Notes under the pieces: generated by a model
The model's input: only the letters and a program-made list of their open reading frames with translations
Told to the model about the DNA's origin: nothing
Database searches by the model: none
Position numbers and translations under genes: made by a program
Source: an uncultured euryarchaeote
Lineage (GTDB): Archaea > Thermoplasmatota > Poseidoniia > Poseidoniales > Poseidoniaceae
Assembly: GCA_937899865.1 (NCBI GenBank)
Contig: CALBRH010000051.1
Span: 1 to 64,000 of the forward strand
Length of the DNA: 64,000 nt
Direction: 5' to 3'
In this document: positions 58,230-64,000 of the stretch, one piece after another
Position numbering within the stretch: position 1 is the stretch's first letter
Layout of the letters: every line of letters starts with the position of its first letter

Positions 58230-61200
58230 TTATTGCCTGTTGTTCATATCTAAATATTGTTGCCCATAATACTTCCATTGTTCAATAGTCCAACCTTGCG
58301 GAAGTCCTGTTTCAGGAATCGGTGGTGAAATTACTTCATTCAAATGTTGTGAATTATTCGTATTTTGTGTCGGCTCTGGATTTTTAGACTGAATTTGATT
58401 ATGGGTTGTCATGCTAATTGGTGGTCCAGAAATCGGAGGTCCAGATACTGGCTTGACAATATCAACATCATCTTCTTCATAGTGACTTCTTCGCCTGATT
58501 AATATTACCGATACAGAAATAGCAATAATCAATCCTACAACAACAAAACTGCCAATTGTTGCTGGTGAAAAACTTGCAGAGTCTTGTACTGATATAGCAA
58601 AGGAGTATTGAACTTCATTATTGGAAATTAATGCATTATTAGAGTCGTAAATTTTTACAGCAATTGAGCCGTCATATATTTCTCCTTCATTTACAACTTC
58701 ACAATAGAGTGAATTTTGACGGTTTATCGAATTGATAATATTATCTTCAATTGTAATTCCACCTTCATCTATGACCTTTGAATCACAAATTAGTCTCCAT
58801 TCTTGTGGAGTTGAAAATATCACTAAATAGGTTTCATCGCTCGTTGCTATTGTCGATATATTGAGCCACATATAGCCAAAATCTTCAGTAATAATTTGCT
58901 GGTTATAATCCAGATTTGTTGATATTTCTTTAACATAATCAACTACAATATTGGTTCTATGAGTAATAGCTTCGAAATCATTAGAAGAACTTGATAGCGT
59001 AAAATCAAACACTATTACAGAATCAATTGGGATATCATTTGGTATCACTAAATCAATTCTAATTTGTCTAATGCTATTTTTGTCTATTGTTATTGGATGA
59101 TATTTGTTAAATTCATATGCTACACCAGTGTTTCCTAATGACATAAATGCAGTCATTAAGCCTTGATATGAATCACTATACAGATTAGCAAAAATACGTA
59201 AATCACTTTCTTGAATATTACCAAAGTTATTGATATCTAAATAGAATGTTGTACTATTACCAACTCCAGAACTAATTGTTTGGATATCATTGGACAGAAA
59301 TAAATCCCTAACGATGACTGTAATTAAGTTAAGTGAAATTGAATTATCAGATATATCGATGTCATCTCCATACATAGAAGGCATAGCATTGATATCAATT
59401 TCAAATATTAGACTATGATCTGTGCCTGATGGTACATTTATCACTATGTCGATAAGTTTGGTTGAACTTAACTCTGAAATTTCACCAAGTTGTATATTGC
59501 CACTAATAATCTGATTATCTATCATAAAACTTGTATTCCATGTTTCAGGTATTCCATCTATTGACAAATCTACAGGTACTGGCCCATTACCCAAATTATT
59601 TAGTTCTACAGAGATGATATTTTGGCTACCAGGTACTAGATTTCCAGGTGATTCAAGCAATTCCATCCCAATATTATTTACTTGAGATATTTCGAAATTA
59701 TCAACTATGCTAGAAGCAAATATTTCACCACTTCTTTGAGAAATTATAGATGCTAGATAACCTGGGCAATCATCTCCTACTTGAGCAGTAACTGGTGCAG
59801 TTAATTTAGCACTAAATGTCCCCGTATCTCCTGAATTCAGATATAATGTCGCAGGAGTGATTTCACTAATCTCCCAATTAGTTGTCCCTTCAAAAACAAC
59901 ATCTGTTTCAAAAATATCTTGCACAGAAGCATTATTGAATACACTAAAAACAACAATATCACTATCACCAGGTTTAATCAATTTTGCATTTCCAACCTGC
60001 TGCATGTTTGGTGTAATTGTTGCATCACTAATCATGCTTGCAACAATTTCTATACTTATTGAATCAGTTCTAGAGGAATCATTTTCAGATACTGCAATTA
60101 TATCAAATTCTCCGATTGAATCTGGTACTGCATCACTTCCGATAGTATAGGTTAGCATTATTGGCACTGAAAATCCAGGTTGGACTAAAATTTCTGTTGG
60201 TTGATTCCAAGAAAAGGAAACACTCCAACCAATTGGTAAGTTGTCATAATCGAGTGATAACATAAACACATCAGGTGCACCGCCACTATTAGTGATTGAA
60301 ATTGATGTAACACATGATGAACCTGGTACACATCTTGGAATACTTAACTGCGGTAGAAATTCAGGAATTCTATCTGGTATGACTTCTAATTGTATGACAA
60401 TGCTTGAAGATATACTTTGATGAGTTTTACTAGTTGAAGTAAATGTGATTGGATAAAATCCCTGATTTTCGCTGTCCCTGGGTTGGAAATTAAGTTCAAT
60501 TATCTTGCTCTCACCTTTTTCTAAAAATACTCCATTTGATTCAGTAATACTTACTCCACTTGTTTGTGAAAAGTAATATTGCCAATCATTTGGTATTCCA
60601 GAAAGAGATGGTGTAAAAGTCTCTGAAACATTTCCAGTATTTGTCAGTTGAATTGTTGCTTTACCCCATGAGTTTGGGACTGCACCATTTACCCCGACAC
60701 CCGATGTTGCAATTCCGTATTCCTCTTCACGTAATTGCTGGTCATAAATTATGACAATATCATCCATCCAAAGTCCAATATCATTATTTGTTGCATCACT
60801 TGTAAAACCAAATCTATATTGTGAATTGGCATGGAAATTAGATTGTGGCGTAGGTATTAACGGCGATGTTGCCCCAGCATTGTTTACTGACCAAGTTTGC
60901 CAAGTTGTTATATCGCTACTCATTGTTCCAGTAATACTAGCTAATTCAACCCAAGAATTACTTGGGTTCATACTGTAAAGTCTTACAAAATCCCCACTTG
61001 CCAAACTGCCAGTATAGTAAAATGAAATTCCATTAGTTCTAGTTGGGTTTGATATTGCATCAGACATATCAAATACAGGTGTTATCAAATTGGTTGCTAA
61101 ATTTGCACTATAAGTAGAACTTTGTCCATTGCCAATATGACAAGCGCTTCCTTGTGATAACGATGATTCACTATTCATACCCCATTCTTGCCCAACAGTC

Positions 61201-61772
61201 CATAAACTTAGATCATCACAATTGAAGTAATGACTTGCAACAGTAAATGTACTCGTCATTACGTCATTTGAAGGATTGTCATCTACAACTGACATTGAAG
61301 GTGTTATTATGATACTGTGATTTCCTGAATATGTCGGTATTAATTTGAATGATGATATGGCATTACTTTGCCCTCTTATTGAATTAACTTGGTTAGTGGC
61401 ATTAAAAATTTCAAAATCCTGATATTCATTATGGATAATCAAAACATTTAGATCTAAATTTGGGGAATTACTGTCTCCAATATTACTAATTTCAATTTGG
61501 ATTTCAATCTGTGTGTCAATTACTGCATCAGTCACAAATAATGAGTCAGGCCTGTTGAAATTGATAGGAGGTGTATTAGAGGAAAACATTTGATATTTAG
61601 AACGGTCAACTGCATCTGGATATGAATAAGAAATATCTGTTACTGTAAGGTCTACACCAGTTGCTTTTGCTGAAGTATAAGATATGTTAGATTCGTTTTC
61701 TTGAAGGGTAACATTTGTCATAGACTGCATTGATAGTAATAAAACTAACAAAATCGCAACCTGTATTCTCAT
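58230..61772 (-). CDS. Large secreted multi-Ig (CARDB/NEW3-like) surface protein with C-terminal TM anchor and conserved tail
   Basis: Signal peptide; repeated I.N.G...(D/E).F.L....P..W modules; LamG/MAM-like W.DDI segment; TM; tail PPIPETGLPQGWTIEQWKYYGQQYL. Confidence 0.85.
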   Translation of the reverse strand: MRIQVAILLVLLLSMQSMTNVTLQENESNISYTSAKATGVDLTVTDISYSYPDAVDRSKYQMFSSNTPPINFNRPDSLFVTDAVIDTQIEIQIEISNIGDSNSPNLDLNVLIIHNEYQDFEIFNATNQVNSIRGQSNAISSFKLIPTYSGNHSIIITPSMSVVDDNPSNDVMTSTFTVASHYFNCDDLSLWTVGQEWGMNSESSLSQGSACHIGNGQSSTYSANLATNLITPVFDMSDAISNPTRTNGISFYYTGSLASGDFVRLYSMNPSNSWVELASITGTMSSDITTWQTWSVNNAGATSPLIPTPQSNFHANSQYRFGFTSDATNNDIGLWMDDIVIIYDQQLREEEYGIATSGVGVNGAVPNSWGKATIQLTNTGNVSETFTPSLSGIPNDWQYYFSQTSGVSITESNGVFLEKGESKIIELNFQPRDSENQGFYPITFTSTSKTHQSISSSIVIQLEVIPDRIPEFLPQLSIPRCVPGSSCVTSISITNSGGAPDVFMLSLDYDNLPIGWSVSFSWNQPTEILVQPGFSVPIMLTYTIGSDAVPDSIGEFDIIAVSENDSSRTDSISIEIVASMISDATITPNMQQVGNAKLIKPGDSDIVVFSVFNNASVQDIFETDVVFEGTTNWEISEITPATLYLNSGDTGTFSAKLTAPVTAQVGDDCPGYLASIISQRSGEIFASSIVDNFEISQVNNIGMELLESPGNLVPGSQNIISVELNNLGNGPVPVDLSIDGIPETWNTSFMIDNQIISGNIQLGEISELSSTKLIDIVINVPSGTDHSLIFEIDINAMPSMYGDDIDISDNSISLNLITVIVRDLFLSNDIQTISSGVGNSTTFYLDINNFGNIQESDLRIFANLYSDSYQGLMTAFMSLGNTGVAYEFNKYHPITIDKNSIRQIRIDLVIPNDIPIDSVIVFDFTLSSSSNDFEAITHRTNIVVDYVKEISTNLDYNQQIITEDFGYMWLNISTIATSDETYLVIFSTPQEWRLICDSKVIDEGGITIEDNIINSINRQNSLYCEVVNEGEIYDGSIAVKIYDSNNALISNNEVQYSFAISVQDSASFSPATIGSFVVVGLIIAISVSVILIRRRSHYEEDDVDIVKPVSGPPISGPPISMTTHNQIQSKNPEPTQNTNNSQHLNEVISPPIPETGLPQGWTIEQWKYYGQQYLDMNNRQ

Positions 61773-61811
61773 AACCGGCTCAATTTAGACAGAACCTGTA
61801 ATCTATATGAG

Positions 61812-62642
61812 TTAATTGGCTTCCAATTCAGAAGTTACAGATTCATCAACTTCTTGCTCAGCCTTTTGTAATTTTAATTCATTTTTTCGTTCTTTGGCTC
61901 GTGCAGCAAAATACACTGTAAATGATGGTATTAATATCATCGAAAAGCATCCAACAACAGCGGCAACCGCCCAAAGAAATTCTGTTCCGGCATCAACAGA
62001 AAATACTTCGATACTTTCAAAATCCTCATTTACTGTAATTAGTGATAAACCTGGAGCAGTGCTTTTATTACCTCTTTCGATAACCTCAACAATTATTACT
62101 GAAGGTGAGTGCACATATTCTATAATATCTCTTGCTTTTTCTTCTGCTTCATCAAGAGATTTAGCATATACAGTACCATTATTTCTCCGTCCAGGATCGG
62201 TTGTAGTCATGGATATAATCGAATCATCTCCCCCTTCTTCAATAATTGCCTCATGTGTGTTGTTGAAGTAACACTTATCTGCGCAATTAAAATCTTCAGC
62301 GTCTGGGTCGCCAAGCTTAGTATGGCTGTAGAGGCCAGCAGAACTAGTCAATTTGATTATAGCATTTCGAGATAGGTCACTCGCACTTGCATTTACCCAA
62401 GTAAGATTTACTCCATCAGCAGTGAATGTCCACCTCCAGTTAGTCAAATTCCCCTCCTCATCATACAGTTTCACTGGTTCTGAAGATGAATCAATTGTTG
62501 TTTCTGTTTCTGTAGTGTAGAGATAATATGATGGGGATATTGTAGCGCCATATACTGCATAAGCAAGCAAAAATATTAGAGTAAATGATAGCCCTAAAAG
62601 CGTCCGAAGTAAGTTCGGGTTTTGGGCTAACGCCTTCTGCAT
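61812..62642 (-). CDS. Hypothetical membrane protein (N- and C-terminal TM); start moved to 62642
   Basis: Two hydrophobic segments flanking a soluble domain, C-terminal coiled-coil. Confidence 0.7.
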   Translation of the reverse strand: MQKALAQNPNLLRTLLGLSFTLIFLLAYAVYGATISPSYYLYTTETETTIDSSSEPVKLYDEEGNLTNWRWTFTADGVNLTWVNASASDLSRNAIIKLTSSAGLYSHTKLGDPDAEDFNCADKCYFNNTHEAIIEEGGDDSIISMTTTDPGRRNNGTVYAKSLDEAEEKARDIIEYVHSPSVIIVEVIERGNKSTAPGLSLITVNEDFESIEVFSVDAGTEFLWAVAAVVGCFSMILIPSFTVYFAARAKERKNELKLQKAEQEVDESVTSELEAN

Positions 62643-62769
62643 GTTTGTTCCTACAATTACCCCTTCAATAACACTTGCATTTTTCATAATTTTCAAGTTA
62701 TGGCTCTACATTTGCACCCGTTTCATTGATATAGGGGAGTTAAGTCGGCAAAGTGCTTGGTGTTGTTAC

Positions 62770-63261
62770 ATGACCACATATTATGATATCCCCGCTGACA
62801 TGCTTATTCCAGCATTAGCAGAAAAACTGTCCGAAATGAAGGACATATCACAACCTGATTGGTCCAATTTCGTAAAAACTGGTGCTGATCGTGAAAGACC
62901 TCCAACCCAGTCTAACTGGTGGTCTATTAGAGCAGCTTCGGTTTTACGCAAAGTTGCAAAGCAAGGTCCAGTTGGTGTTACAAGTTTAGCACAAGACTAC
63001 GGAAAAAGTGTCAACAATGGTGCGAGTCCAAATACACCGGGAGTTGCATCAAGGCATATCGTTAGAACTGTTCTACAGCAACTTGAATCTGCTGGACTTG
63101 TTGAATTAGTTGCTACCAAGGAAATAGAATCAGCCGATGGTAAGCAACAATTATACTCTGGAAGAAGAATTACTTCGACAGGACAAAAATTGCTCGATGA
63201 AGCAGCACATTCTTGCAGAGATATGGCCAATGATATGTATCCAGGTCTAGCAAAGTATTGA
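62770..63261 (+). CDS. rps19e: 30S ribosomal protein S19e; start moved to 62770
   Basis: MTTYYDIP, W..FVKTG..RERPP..WW.IRAASVLRK, GPVGV, I.RTVLQQLE.AGLV, GR.IT..G..LLD. Confidence 0.97.
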   Translation: MTTYYDIPADMLIPALAEKLSEMKDISQPDWSNFVKTGADRERPPTQSNWWSIRAASVLRKVAKQGPVGVTSLAQDYGKSVNNGASPNTPGVASRHIVRTVLQQLESAGLVELVATKEIESADGKQQLYSGRRITSTGQKLLDEAAHSCRDMANDMYPGLAKY

Positions 63262-63282
63262 GGAAGTGGGAGTTTGTCAATT

Positions 63283-63642
63283 ATGTCTGCAAGCGGGGAT
63301 GACCAACTGGCAGCACTTCGCGAACAACGAAGATTAGAATTGCAGAAACAATTTGAATCTCAAGCTATGGCTCAAGCTGATGCAGAGATTGATTCGCAAA
63401 TCAAAAATGCTGAATCTATGGCAGTTTCTAATGCTATGAAACAATTACTTACCAGTGATGCAAGGTCTAGGATTACTAGAATCTCGCTAGCAACTCCTGA
63501 AAGAGCAGAATCGATTAGAAAAATGATAATTAATTTACATGAAAATAACAAATTCGTTCCGCCAATGAACGATGAAATGTTGAAATCTATATTGGCATCA
63601 CAATCCAAGAGCCGCAATAATGCGTCAATTAGAAGAATCTGA
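63283..63642 (+). CDS. PDCD5/TFAR19-like DNA-binding protein
   Basis: LT.DARSR..RI.LA.PERAE; canonical position between rps19e and rpl39e. Confidence 0.88.
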   Translation: MSASGDDQLAALREQRRLELQKQFESQAMAQADAEIDSQIKNAESMAVSNAMKQLLTSDARSRITRISLATPERAESIRKMIINLHENNKFVPPMNDEMLKSILASQSKSRNNASIRRI

Positions 63643-63655
63643 GAAGGTGCTCGAA

Positions 63656-63811
63656 ATGTCAAAAAATAAGCCAGCAGCAAAGAAAATCCGCCTAATGAAG
63701 GCAACCAAGCAAAACCGCCGTGTCCCTGTATGGGTCATGTTAAAGACCGACCGAAATACTGTATCTCATCCAAAGAGACATCATTGGAGACGCAGTAAAC
63801 TACAGAGGTGA
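63656..63811 (+). CDS. rpl39e: 50S ribosomal protein L39e; start moved to 63656
   Basis: [27 protein letters not shown]......PKR.HWRR.KL. Confidence 0.97.
   Translation: MSKNKPAAKKIRLMKATKQNRRVPVWVMLKTDRNTVSHPKRHHWRRSKLQR
63805..63811 (+). promoter_or_regulatory. Shine-Dalgarno motif for rpl31e overlapping the rpl39e stop
   Basis: GAGGTGA 5 nt before the GTG at 63817. Confidence 0.75.
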
Positions 63812-63816
63812 TTATA

Positions 63817-64000
63817 GTGGCAAGACCAAATGAATCAGAATTGATTGTCCCTCTAAGGAAGGCTTGGAACATTACTCGCTACAAACGTGCTCCAAGAGCA
63901 ATTCAAATTATCAAAGATCATGTTGTTCAACACTTGAAGGTTAAGGAAGATGAAGAAGTTTGGATTGATCCTTCAGTTAACGAAAAGATCTGGGAACGAG
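63817..64000 (+). CDS. rpl31e: 50S ribosomal protein L31e (5' part; runs off the window; absent from ORF track)
   Basis: Manual translation MARPNESELIVPLRKAWNITRYKRAPRAIQIIKDHV...VWIDPSVNEKIWER. Confidence 0.93.
   Translation, partial: MARPNESELIVPLRKAWNITRYKRAPRAIQIIKDHVVQHLKVKEDEEVWIDPSVNEKIWER

Noticed and set aside
2853-63704. Numerous 60-160 aa ORFs nested within or antisense to long genes (e.g. 12027..12431, 14922..15395, 32191..32622, 61816..62271)
   Set aside because: Ser/Ile/Leu-rich compositions typical of reverse-frame codon-bias artefacts; no motifs or SD support
1-64000. Mobile elements, rRNA, C/D-box sRNAs, programmed frameshifts or pseudogenes
   Set aside because: No transposase, integrase, terminal inverted repeats or rRNA seen; recognised genes appear uninterrupted; short intergenic gaps showed no convincing C/D-box pair by eye (an Infernal/snoscan search would be needed to exclude them)

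Overview
A gene-dense, AT-rich (roughly 35% GC by eye) archaeal chromosomal window. It most resembles Marine Group II / Poseidoniales (Thermoplasmatota). That placement is inferred from the archaeal-type information-processing genes (AlaRS, ValRS, RtcB, archease, EndA, rpS19e-PDCD5-rpL39e-rpL31e, geranylgeranyl reductase), the many bacterial-type metabolic genes (pntAB, class 2 pyrD, topB, pepP, MqnC-like) and the large acidic, membrane-anchored surface proteins. I find about 52 CDS. Three are missing from the supplied ORF track: a collagen/pentapeptide lipoprotein running off the left edge, a 57-aa membrane protein, and rpL31e running off the right edge. There is one tRNA-Thr(GGU) and the 7S SRP RNA. 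I see no CRISPR array, transposase, integrase, rRNA or obvious defence island, and no complete novel multi-gene system that I can prove from sequence. The best leads are unusual domain fusions: a lipoyl/biotinyl-like domain inside a Ca-binding surface protein, TatC with a Cys-rich MvhD-like tail, TrmB-V4R, and wHTH-TerB. Other leads are an IscA-YgfZ couple, a surface-protein operon ending in an orphan PqqD/RRE protein, recurrent Trp-containing cytoplasmic tails on anchored surface proteins, and a degenerate HldE-like kinase. All family calls come from motif recognition by eye; no database search was run.
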